Notes under the pieces: model-generated
Databases searched by the model: none
Seen by the model: the letters and a program-made list of their open reading frames with translations, nothing else
What the model was told of the DNA's origin: nothing
Translations under genes and position numbers: made by a program
Origin: Epithemia pelagica
Taxonomy: Eukaryota > Protista > Bacillariophyta
Direction of reading: 5' to 3'
Assembly: GCA_946965045.2 (NCBI GenBank)
Contig: OX337241.1
Location: forward strand, 2,976,001 to 3,040,000
DNA length: 64,000 nt
Shown here: piece by piece, positions 50,342-60,900 of the stretch
Position numbering within the stretch: the first letter of the stretch is position 1
Layout: the number at the start of each line of letters is the position of its first letter

Positions 50342-51118
50342 AATTCTCACCGTCTATGGTGGTTAGATTCTACATCTCATCGATTCCCCATGTCACATAG
50401 CCTCGTGCTATCGCATCATGCCCTCTAGCTTCGAGCTATGTTTCCTAGCTTCGCGCTATATCGACCTATATTTCTTCGCAAATCATGAAAAGTGAGAATA
50501 GATTGACGAACTCACTCTCAAGACTAAACTGGGTCGTGCGGTATTACAACGGACGTAAATTTGGCCGTTGCTCGGACATTATACTAACGCCCTAAGCGTA
50601 CGCGCCCGAAATCATCGAGCGCGCCCAAGCGACATCCGAGCGCTATCGGCATCTATCCGACCCAACGGTCTAAGTATCCCAAGCACGACACACGATCACG
50701 CGAGACCATATTTCCATTCCCACAATCTCCAAAGTGTCAACAAGCTGCGCGCCATGAAAACAACTATGCCAACCCAAAGCAAGAGCTGTTGACCCTGTAT
50801 ATGTTATCCGCCCACATATACATGTCATATACATCACATGAATCAACTCCAACTATTCCAAACCTGTTGCCGCCAAGAACCTATGACACATGACCCTTGG
50901 CAGGACCGAACATTTCACGTAGACCTATCGTAGTAATCAACACACAATCTAACAATATCACCATTTATCACATCCTCTTTTGTGTCCCGACTATCCTTCT
51001 GATAGACTTCGACTTGCTTGCTTCTCTGACCCTGAGAAGCTTGTATCGGTTGGTGACCTACCTGATTGTCTGCTCTACCGAGCATCAATGTCCCTACGAT
51101 TCAGAAAGAATTGTAACA
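50336..51118 (+). repeat. B-outer 3' LTR
   Basis: 781/783 identical to 34461-35243. Confidence 0.97.
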
Positions 51119-52622
51119 CAAACATGCGTTTCTCGTATCGTTGTTTAGCCGCGATAGTCTCTGTGGCTGTAAAATTGACGAGATGTTCGATGTGGATGTC
51201 GCCTGTTGCATGGTCGACGAAGATACAACCGCCCGAATACATACTGTCGGTGTGGGTTTTGCCTTTGGACGAGTACAGGCGACCCTTCTGCGTAACGGTG
51301 AAATGGTCCATCGAGACACGTTGGCCAGGGAACAGGTTTTTCTTCTTAAGGCCATACTCCCTCTCAGGCACAGAGGTTTTCGTGGTAGTGTCTGTCGGAC
51401 GACGGGTGGCTTTGCCAAATTCACAGCTCGCACATTTGGGGAGATCACACTTGGAGGCGGCGCGCAACAAAGGAGAGTTGCCAAGGGCGCCGGTTTTCAT
51501 CAAACGTTGGAGCGAAGCAAGGCCCTGATGGCACAAACGATAATGCCATTTCAGGAGCTCCTTCTGAGGCGATGTAAGGTTGGGGTTGTGCTCGTTGGTA
51601 ACACACCCAGTTGTATTGGCTGCCGGTGCAGGCACGGAGGGTTTGGTATTCCACATGGAGCACGTTGGAAGGTTGTTGTCTTCACTGTAAGAGACAGAGG
51701 CATGTTTTGCGTGACTTTTGTGATATTCAAATTTGGCTCCACGGATGACAAAGCTTTCTGGAGAGTCTTGACCGGCCTCGGCACTCATATGTTGAAGATA
51801 ACTTTGCGGTGAAAGCAAACGACAACGAGCGGTAGGTACATGGTATGCAGGCGTGGTGATGGTCGTTGTAGTTCCATCATCAAGGGTCATTCCCCAACAG
51901 ACTTTCCCGGTTCCAGCAATCGGAAGACCCTTGGCTAATCCTTGCAAGACGGAACCTTCCACTTCGGTATACTCAACAAAATCAGTTTTGGTAGGCGAGA
52001 TGGTTATCGTTGCCCCTGAATCGAAGGTCACCAGGAAAGAGTCTTTTGGTTTCGAAGAGAAGAGCGATGTCCATGTGAATGGTACGTCAGCTCCCTCTGT
52101 TGACGGTGCAGCAACATTGGCTTCTGTGTTGTTGGGTGAAAGCAGCAAGGCGAATTCTGGGATCTCAGGAGGAGGCCGTCCCGTAGTAGGTGGCTCCGGA
52201 AAGTCGAAGGGCGTTGGTTCCACTTCGTCGGGCTCTTGCGTTGGAACTCTAGCGCGTGGCGCATGACGATCATGCCAGCGAGGAGGACCACGGACACGGT
52301 GATCGTATTGCCGACTTGCGACAATCAACGAAGGAAACTTGTGTAACGGTGCGCCAAGTACGTTTGTCATGGCTTGTGTGCTCATGATTATGGCAGAATA
52401 GCACACGAGCAGCTTGGGTAAGACTGCAAGTGGCGAGCGACGATAGTAGCGACAGGCACGGCGATGCCGACGATACGGTTTGCGAGGCCAAAGGTTTTGG
52501 TGTAGTAGTCGCCCGATGGCGAGAATCAATCGCAAACAACAATCAAAGACGAAGGATAAAATGGGCTGTGGATTCAGCAATACCAAGAAACTCCAAAGAG
52601 CAAGCAGAATCCGCCCAACCAG
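51119..52622 (-). pseudogene. pol: Element A pol, 5' part (hydrophobic linker, protease, integrase HHCC and core N-half)
   Basis: FDSGAT protease; HYRLCH..CASC zinc finger; PGQRVSMD; in frame with the gag UGA at 52623-52625. Confidence 0.93.
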
Positions 52623-54100
52623 TCATTCTTCATCATCATCAAGGATGGATGCAGCGCCAACAAAAGCTAGGGAGGCTGCTCCAGCAGGTTTGGCTGTTTT
52701 CTTGTCGCCAGTTTGCGAAGAAGGCAAGTCATTTCGATGTGTGGCGGTGCCATGGGACAATCGCCAGAAACCACAAATGGCACACCAGTGCCAGTCAGTG
52801 CCGTTCACATTTTCGTTTCTGGTTCGTTTGGTCCAGGCGCAATAGATTTCCATGGTGCTTTGGGGGCTTTAGACTTTTTGTTGGTCTTGTCGCCACCGTG
52901 TTGGTTTGCAGGGTTCTTGGGACAGTCTTTCTTTAGATGGTCTTCGGAACCACAAAGATAGCATTTGCGTCCATTGCCTCCGCCTTTACCATTACCATTC
53001 TTGTTCTTGATCGCGGCAGACACTTGTTTCTGCACGAGATTGTTTATTTCAGCTTTGGTGAAAGTCAATGCTTCCGGTGGGTTTCCCGAATTGGCCTTTC
53101 CGGATGGGCCCCAGCGGTCGGCAGTCGAAAGGAGGGTGTACTCTGCATTGGCTTCTTCAACCAAGTCTTGCACAGAAACATAGTCAGGTTCAGCTGAGCG
53201 TGCATCAATGGTAGCTTTGGATAAGCCATGCACTTTTGTGACCCACTGGTTCACGGCAGTACTCCGTGCCATAAATTTCACTCGAAATTGTTCAACCGAA
53301 GACGTACACAGCTGCTCATTGAGGATGAAAGGAGCATCACTTGGCACATTGCGACCCAACTCAACGCAAGTTTGAAGAAACTTGGTTGTAAACACCTTAA
53401 CATCTTCGCCTGGTGTTTGCCGCAGCTTGAAAGACTCTAACTGGGTCTTGAGAGCCTTGATTCGTTGGAATGAGGCTGTGCGCACTTCGCGAACGACGTA
53501 AATCCAAAGAATGGGTCCGTAGCGCAGATCTCTAGGTAGGAGTGGCCGAATGCTTGTTTTCACCGTTTCATCCAACACAGCCATGATTGCTTTGTATGCG
53601 AGGTCCATATTGTTAGTGGAGTAATCGTCATACAGTGGTGTTGTCGCTGCTTGAGCATTTCGGAAGTGTGTGACAACATAAGCGGGTGAGAACTCCGAGT
53701 CCTCATGCAGAATGTTGACCAATTGTGTCGGATTCTGGGGATCTGGAAGGTAGAACTCAGCATCCATTCCGTGAAACTCCACATGCTCTGACACCAATTC
53801 TGCAAACTGTTCAATGGTCAGTTCCTTCTCGTCTCTGGTAAACTTTCGCGAATCGGTGTCGCTTGTCAAGATCGTTGTCTTGTACTTAAGTCCTTTGTGA
53901 GCCTCTGTTGGGTCCTGCAACTGGTAGCAGTAGGGGCTACGTGGAACAGTTCGCGTCGTTGCGGTGAACGTGTTGTCTGTTGGCCTTCCTCCAGTCCATG
54001 GATGGATGCCATTCAACCCACCTAACCGTGGTCTCGTCGGTGCTCTCGGTGGAGTCGGTCGTGGTGTTAAAGGAGGAGCCGTTGTCGCTCCTGTTGACAT
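52623..54100 (-). pseudogene. gag: Element A gag with a 1-nt frameshift near 52810
   Basis: 431-aa ORF with CCHC knuckle CYLCGSEDHLKKDC. The C-terminal VNGTDWHWC..DDDEE segment is in another frame; one more A in the A4 run would restore a 492-aa Gag. Confidence 0.9.
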
Positions 54101-54193
54101 GGTAGTCGTCGTCGTTTCTTCCTTCTTGCCGTTGCGTCGTTGTTACGATTCCAAATCTCGTCTTTTCGCTTGTATGCTCACAAACCCTTCAAC

Positions 54194-54207
54194 TTGGGCT
54201 CATAACC
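54194..54207 (-). promoter_or_regulatory. Element A PBS, complementary to the tRNA-iMet anticodon arm (half-tRNA type)
   Basis: GGTTATGAGCCCAA directly after the 5' LTR, the same type as Drosophila copia and yeast Ty5. Confidence 0.9.
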
Positions 54208-54443
54208 TGCCGCAATCTATCGTTATAGATGCGTCTCTTGTCGTACTCAGCGGTCAAATGATCGCTATGGTCAACAAATGATGACGGTAGGCAGGGAACG
54301 GAAGGGAGAAGAGATGCAACAATCAAACAAAGCGAAATTATAATTCCAAACTGTGTGTGGGAGTTATTCTACTTTCTTGGCTCGACTCGCGCGCTCCAAG
54401 GCTGCTACCCCACTAGCATGCATACTTCCCCACTGTCACGACA
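54208..54443 (-). repeat. Element A 5' LTR
   Basis: Identical to 31379-31614. Confidence 0.97.
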
Positions 54444-54627
54444 CGTGGCTACGGTCACGATTTGTCTCGTGACAAAACTCCTACCCCTTTTTGGTCCATC
54501 CATTTCATGCAGTCAGTCGTGCTTCTAGTCCACACCCATCATCATGACAGGAGCAAAGCAAACCAACGTGCCTCTTACAAGAAAGTGTCTCGATCCTCAT
54601 AAATTCTGGAGTTGAGATTTTGGAACC

Positions 54628-55704
54628 ATGACCACAACACTGAAAGAACAAGCATGGCAGTCAGGCCTTGTCCTGTTAAACGAGACACCAGAGTGGAATT
54701 TCGGGGACTGGCCTCCTCTTGAGGGTGGATGGCGTTATCGTCATAGTTCCGTCGTACTGGATCATACCGATAACAACCAGGAACAAACCGTCGTCGTGTT
54801 GGGCGGATTTCAACAAGGCCAAGGCGTGCTTGATTCCGTTCTTGTATTAAACTTGGCAGAATCAAACAAGCAGTGGCGGGAAGGTCCACCCATGCACCAG
54901 AAACGTTCTGGACATGCCGCTGTTGTTTGCAACGGAGCCATCTACGTGATGGGAGGAGACAATGGAGCACCTTTGGATTGTATCGAACAAATTGATGCCA
55001 ATTATTTTCTGCAATCATCTTTGACAACAACCACCACGCAGGACAGTCATTGGACGACATTGAATTGTCGCTTATCAACGCCACGATGGGGATTTGGTGC
55101 TGTTGCGGTTCACAATCGATATATTGTTGTATTGGGTGGACAAACCAGATTGCAAACCATGTCGTCGGTGGATATTATTGATACCAGCAATCACATAGTT
55201 ACTGCGGGACCGTCCATGAACATTCCTCGACGATTGTGTACCAGTGCGGTCATTGGTCACCGCATTTTTGTCGTTGGGGGGCATAAAGAGCATCGCCGTC
55301 TTGACACGGTGGAGTACTTGGACTATGCAACACTCTGTGGCAATGATGAGACAAAAAAGGAGATTGGCTCGACATTCATTTCTTTCTCGTCCACCTGGAT
55401 CACTCATCCTGATTTGGTGCTTTCCAAACCTCGAGGTTGGTGTGGAATGGTTGCCGTGGGATCCTGTCTGGTGTTGGCGGGAGGACGTAGCCTTACCGTG
55501 GAAGTTTTGGATACGCTTCGCAACCGCGTTTGGAATCTCCGACCATCTGCTTATCCCTACGCTGGCTGCAGTATGGTGGCTGTTGCCAATCAAGTTGCCG
55601 TGATTGGTGGATTTCGCACTACTTCCTGTGCAACATTCCCACTAATGGACAAGAATACATGCTGTTTTCGTCGACTCTGTGAGCAGAATCCCAGTGGATG
55701 GTAA
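54628..55704 (+). CDS. Kelch-repeat beta-propeller protein K9 (358 aa)
   Basis: Open ORF with six blades, 179 bp downstream of the right TSD of element A. Confidence 0.9.
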   Translation: MTTTLKEQAWQSGLVLLNETPEWNFGDWPPLEGGWRYRHSSVVLDHTDNNQEQTVVVLGGFQQGQGVLDSVLVLNLAESNKQWREGPPMHQKRSGHAAVVCNGAIYVMGGDNGAPLDCIEQIDANYFLQSSLTTTTTQDSHWTTLNCRLSTPRWGFGAVAVHNRYIVVLGGQTRLQTMSSVDIIDTSNHIVTAGPSMNIPRRLCTSAVIGHRIFVVGGHKEHRRLDTVEYLDYATLCGNDETKKEIGSTFISFSSTWITHPDLVLSKPRGWCGMVAVGSCLVLAGGRSLTVEVLDTLRNRVWNLRPSAYPYAGCSMVAVANQVAVIGGFRTTSCATFPLMDKNTCCFRRLCEQNPSGW

Positions 55705-56479
55705 CATTCTATGGAAGGAATGGGTATCTGAGATGCTGATATCTCACCCTTCTCCACCATGATATCAGGCCATAAACGAGCAAGGCCCAGAGTATGACAT
55801 TGCTAATAACTATCGAGATACCATGAACACCGCTTTACTAGTAGAAAATGAAATGTCACAGTGCCGTCTGGAATGACATAATAGCTGTCCCTCGCAAAAA
55901 AGGAGTGGAGCCAGGCTAATGGGTGCATACACAAAATGGTACCAGGCGTCTCTCCTGTTTAATGCGTGGAGTTATCTGGCTGTCGAAGATGATGGTTGTG
56001 CGCCTGAAACACTCTAGTCGGAACCATCAATACCAAACAACGCCAACATCTACAAACATGCCAGCGACACGCGTGCTTCTTCTCGGCTGTTGTAAAGAAG
56101 GCAGAGCGACTCGTCGGAGGATGGTCTTGGATCTCGCCATGCGTCAGTTTGTAGGCCCGGTCCTTCTATTATTACGAAATTTGTGAATTCTTTGGAATTT
56201 TTGCCTCGATATTTCCTCCAATACAGCAACTATACTTTTTCATCAGGTCAGCAATTTGCTTGCGTCGATACGGCAACCATTCTCTCCGTAGTGGCTCGTT
56301 GACAGTCCATGGTTATCGGTCCATGGGGATCCACAAGAACAATCGCAGTGTGCAAAGTTATGGCTTGCCCCTCAATGCCAGTTCCGCCGAAACTTTGTTG
56401 CACGATTGCAACACTGTCGAACAGCATTAGTGGACATGGACCACTACAACGTTTGTGCCTCGTACAGCACCCACACAAC

Positions 56480-57320
56480 CACGACCCGCGCCGATCATGT
56501 CTTCGCTGTCGTCTAACAGCAGTGTTGGACCTCGATCACTACCACAGTTGAGCCTCGTAGCGAACTCTGCAGTACTAACCACAAAACCACGACCACGAAC
56601 GGCGTCGATCATGTCTTGTCTGTCGTCTAATAGAACTTGTTTTGTTGTTGTTCTTCTTCTTCTTCTTCGTTGGATTCTGGTTGGCGTTGCTGCCTTGTCG
56701 TTCCACACCGACACCCAGCTTGAATCTTCGTATGTATTAGACTTGAAGGGGCGATGCGACCCTTTCCCATGATCAGTTCTTCACTACTCCAATCGGACGC
56801 ATCGGGAGGTTCAATCCATAGTACTGCGCTCCTCGTCACCGGCGCAACTACCTCCAATGGGGCGACTTTGTCATCGATTCAGCAGGTCCTCATGTTGTCA
56901 TGTCGAGAAAGGGTCCTCGATAATTGGCGACCAGACTGCCATGCGGTGCCACAACACAAAGAGATTTGCGTGGTCTTGTTGTTGATTCTCGTTCCATGAA
57001 AGACATGTGGATGAGGAAGCATACCATCGCCCTAGTGCTCTTCTTTTTGTTGTTCTGTTCTTTGCTGCACGATCATGTCTTGGCTGTAGTCTACTGGTAG
57101 AACTTGTTGTTGTTCTTCTTCTTGTTCGCAGGATTCTGGTTGGTTTTGCTGCCTTGTCGTTCCACACCAACATCCAGTTTGAATCTTCGTATGTAGACTT
57201 GAAAGGGCGATGCGACCCTTTCCCAGAATTATTTCTTCACTCTTCACTACTCCAATCGGGCGCGTCGGGAGGGAGTTGAATAGCGTTCCATACTTCAATC
57301 CATAGTACTGCGCTCCTCGT
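56480..57320. repeat. Locally duplicated intergenic module (also ~720-850, ~11740-12070; adjacent block repeated at ~63775-64000)
   Basis: Recurrent GATCATGTCTT.CTGT.GTCTA..AGAACTT...GAATCTTCGTATGTA(TTA)GACTTGAA.GGGCGATGCGACCCTTTCCC. Confidence 0.85.
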
Positions 57321-57438
57321 CACCGTGGTCCGACTTTTAGCATTCGTTGCAAACCATGGTTGGGGAGTGGAATGCTCCTCCACTCTTTTGTCTTGGTTGA
57401 GGATCGTCCTGGATGCAAGTTGTATGCCATTCGCTGTC

Positions 57439-57901
57439 TGTTGTTTTCCTGCTACCGTGGGCAACAAGAACGAGCTCAACCCGTGTAAAACAAAGTTAAG
57501 TTGTGTGCTTAGTCTTTTACTTCTACTCGTAGCGATGGCTGTGATCCGTTGGATCATCGGCCGTTGGATAAAGTAGATTGGAGATCTTTTTGCAATCTTG
57601 TTGCAATCTTGGTTTCCTATGTATCGTCGTCCAGCCCGTTCTTGCCTGTCAGAATGTTTAGACGACGACTGTTATGGGATGCCATAGGATCTCGTTTCTC
57701 TATGTATTGGACTTGTTTGGGCCGTTATTGTTGATGACGCGTTGCTCCAAATGAGACTTGGTCGGCCCATTGGTTCGTTTGTTCTGTTTGAAATAACGAT
57801 GGTACTCGTCTCTTGTCGGTCGAATCTTCTACTTCCGAATGCCGGTTCCGAATATTGGTCGCACTTCTTCATTTACTGACCATATCTCATTATTTTGAAC
57901 A
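57439..57901 (-). repeat. Element C 3' LTR
   Basis: Direct repeat of 63269-63731. Confidence 0.97.
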
Positions 57902-57928
57902 CTCCCTCTCGGCCGAGTAGAGTCGATG

Positions 57929-60900
57929 TTACCATCCTTGTATACTCTCGCGATGTTTCTCGAACGATGATTCGTTGAGCGATTTAGTGAAGATATCCGC
58001 GGTCTGATCGTCTGTCGCACACGGGTGAATCTCGATCTCCTTTCGTTCCACAAAAGATTTAAAATGGAACAACTTGGTGCACAGATACCGTGTCCTGGGT
58101 CTGTACTTGTATATCGTTGCGAGTTCGACCGCACCACTGTTATCTTCGAAGGCCTTGCAGTGTATATTGGGTGTCGTAGAGAGAATAGGGAATCCCAAAT
58201 CCTTCATCTCACGAGTGATGGCCATCAACGGAATGACGGTACGTAGTGCGTGTGACAAACTGATGATCTCTGCTTCTGTGGTTGATAAGGCTATCTCTGA
58301 CTGTAGTTTTGATTGCCAGAGGATGGGGCAACCTGCATAGAAGACCACAAATCCCGTTCGAGACCGAGCCATGTCCTTGTTTGGGTGGTCGAGCTTGTTA
58401 AAATTGCCTGCAAAGTCCGCGTCGGCGAACACTTGGAAAGATTTCGTGGTGTCGGGTTTTAGTATCACTCCTTGCTTTCTTGTCCCGGCGAGGTAACGTG
58501 CTATGTGTTTGACGGCTTTCCCATGAATTGCTTTTGGGTTTTCGCAAAATCTGGTGCATTGGTGGACGGCGAAACTAATATCTGGTCTCGTGCTCTTTTC
58601 CAGGAAGTTGAGTTTCCCGATCGCCGACCTGTAATGGAAATGGTGATCAAAGGCTTTTCCGTCTTGGTCTTGTCTCAAGCGTACTGTGGTTGGTGCCGGT
58701 GTTTCTTTCTTCTTGGTTGATTCGTCGGCAAGGTGAAGATCTTGGAGGATTGAGTCGATTAAATGTGGCTGAGTCAAGTGGATGGTGCCATCCTCTTTTC
58801 TGTCGATGTTGACCCCAAGAAAATCGTTGACTCCGTCTTCATATGTCATCTTCAGACCACTATTCTCCATTGTAACAATCAACCGGTCGAGTTCTTCTTT
58901 GTCAGGACCCAACAATAAAGAATCGTCCGTATACAAAATGTATACGCATTTACCATGATAAAAGAGGCACTCGTCGTGTGCACTTTGTTGGAAACCGACT
59001 TGCTTAAGTCGTTCCACGAGGTGTTGATTCCATACTCGGGCACCCTGCTTCTGCCCATAGTAATTTTGCTTGATCTTGAGGACATAGTCCTCTGCTCGCT
59101 GGTTTCCTTTTGTATCGAAGGTGAAGCTTTTCGGCGCTTCCATATACATATCAGTCTCTGCGACTGCTTGCGTATATGCCAGCACATAATCTACCTGTTT
59201 GATGTGCCATCCTTGTGTGAGTGCCATTGTCAGGATGAATCTCACGACAGGCCATTGAATCACGGGAGCGTAGGTTTCCCAATAGTTAACCCCCTTTTCT
59301 TGCATGGACCCATCATATGCCAATCTGGATTTCCATTTGTAGACTTCTCTAGTTTTTAGTCTTCTTTTTCGGACGCAACTCCACACTCCTCGAGAGATTA
59401 GCGCTCCTTTTGGAATGTCCTTTCGCTTGACCACCTCCCATAGTCCATTATCGCTATGATCTTGAACTTCTTTCTGTGCTGCCTTGATGAATTCCGCTCG
59501 ATCCTCTTGTTTCATCGCTTCATGCCAGTACATAACATCTGGATTGCTGTTAGCTTGAGCGGTATTGACTGTCACAGTTGGTTTAGCTGTGATAGCTACT
59601 TCTCCGATCGCGTCTTCGGGCTCTTGGAGCGAAGTCAAGTAGTCTTGATATCGTTGTGTTCGACGAGGAGTACGTTGGGACCGCCTAGCTCCCTCATGCT
59701 CTGGCATAGTTTCTCGTTCTTCCATTGGCGGGTTAGCATCGTTAGTTTGGTCCCTGTCTTCGGGTATCGTAACGTCGATCTCACGTTGGGATGACGTCGT
59801 TGTACTTCCGAATTCCACGCGTGGTTGATTCTCCCTCATGCGTGGTCTGGATTTTGTGAACCCTGCCTTATACTGCCATTGAGATATTGGTTGGGCCTCT
59901 CCAAAACTTTTGCGTATAGTTTCAAATTGGTCATCGTATTGAACATGAAATTGAGGTGACGTCAATCCGGAAGAAAGGGATAAGATAAGCCCGATTGTCC
60001 TTGCATGTTGGGGAGAATAGCCCAAGAAAATGCCAACTCGAGCTCGTTCGGACCATTTGGGAATTGGAGTTCCGCTTTGTAATTCGTTGTCGAGTACGTA
60101 TGCTGGGCATCCGAACGTATGTGCGAGTCGTGTATTGAATCTTACCGTTGAACCTGTAAATAGTTCCATTGGCGTCTTTTCCTTGTGTTTCTTCATTGGT
60201 GCCTCATTGAACATGTCGTTGGCATAGCGGACTGCATAGGGCCATAAGTTCGTCGTCACTGTGCTAGGCCAGCGTCGTTGGGCGTGTATTAGCATTGTTC
60301 TTCCTGATTCTTGTAGTTCTCTAATACGACGTTCGGCCATGCCACTTTGAAAATGGGCATTAACCCCACTGAAGGTTAATCGTTGATTCTTCATTTGTAC
60401 CGCTTCCCGGAATTTATTATCGGCAAAGATGCCGTTATCGGCGTGATAATGTCGGATCTTGACTCCGTGAGTGTCTGCCCAAGCTTCAAACCGTTCTTTA
60501 GCTTCGATCGTATCTTTAGCTGATGTACTCCGTTGAAGGTGTACATAGCCTACCCCTGAGAAGTGGTCGACGAAAACCGTAGCCACCCTATATCTGTCCC
60601 GTGTGGGAGTCCCTCGTAGATGCGCAATGTAACCCGGAGTCTTTGATATCATTTGGTCGACTGATACACATTGGCCCGGTGACGTCATAGTATCTAGTGT
60701 TCCACGATGACCTTTGATTCGCCAGGGACGTCGCGTAGCTTTCCCGTACATACACGCCGTACAGACCGGGACCTTACAGTTTGCAAGTCGCTTTGGGAGT
60801 CCTCCTTGGCGTGCCAGGCTTTGGATTTTCACCATCGACAGGTGACCCATTCTATGATGCGTTCGGAGTAACTCTAGCGTTGGACTTTCGGGGAGTACCT

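Larger units (their letters stand above)
34461..51118 (+). mobile_element. Ty1/copia (CoDi-like) element B-outer (~8.4 kb without B-inner), inserted in the integrase of A
   Basis: 783-bp LTRs at 34461-35243 and 50336-51118 (2 mismatches); TSD CAAAC at 34456-34460 and 51119-51123. Confidence 0.97.
31379..54443 (-). mobile_element. Ty1/copia LTR retrotransposon A (~6.4 kb without nested elements), disrupted by family B
   Basis: Identical 236-bp TG...CA LTRs, 5-bp TSD CGTGG (31374-31378, 54444-54448), gag-PR-INT-RT-RH order, PBS and PPT present. Confidence 0.97.

Noticed and set aside
52800-52820. Programmed -1 frameshift in A gag
   Set aside because: No X XXY YYZ slippery heptamer; a homopolymer indel is simpler.
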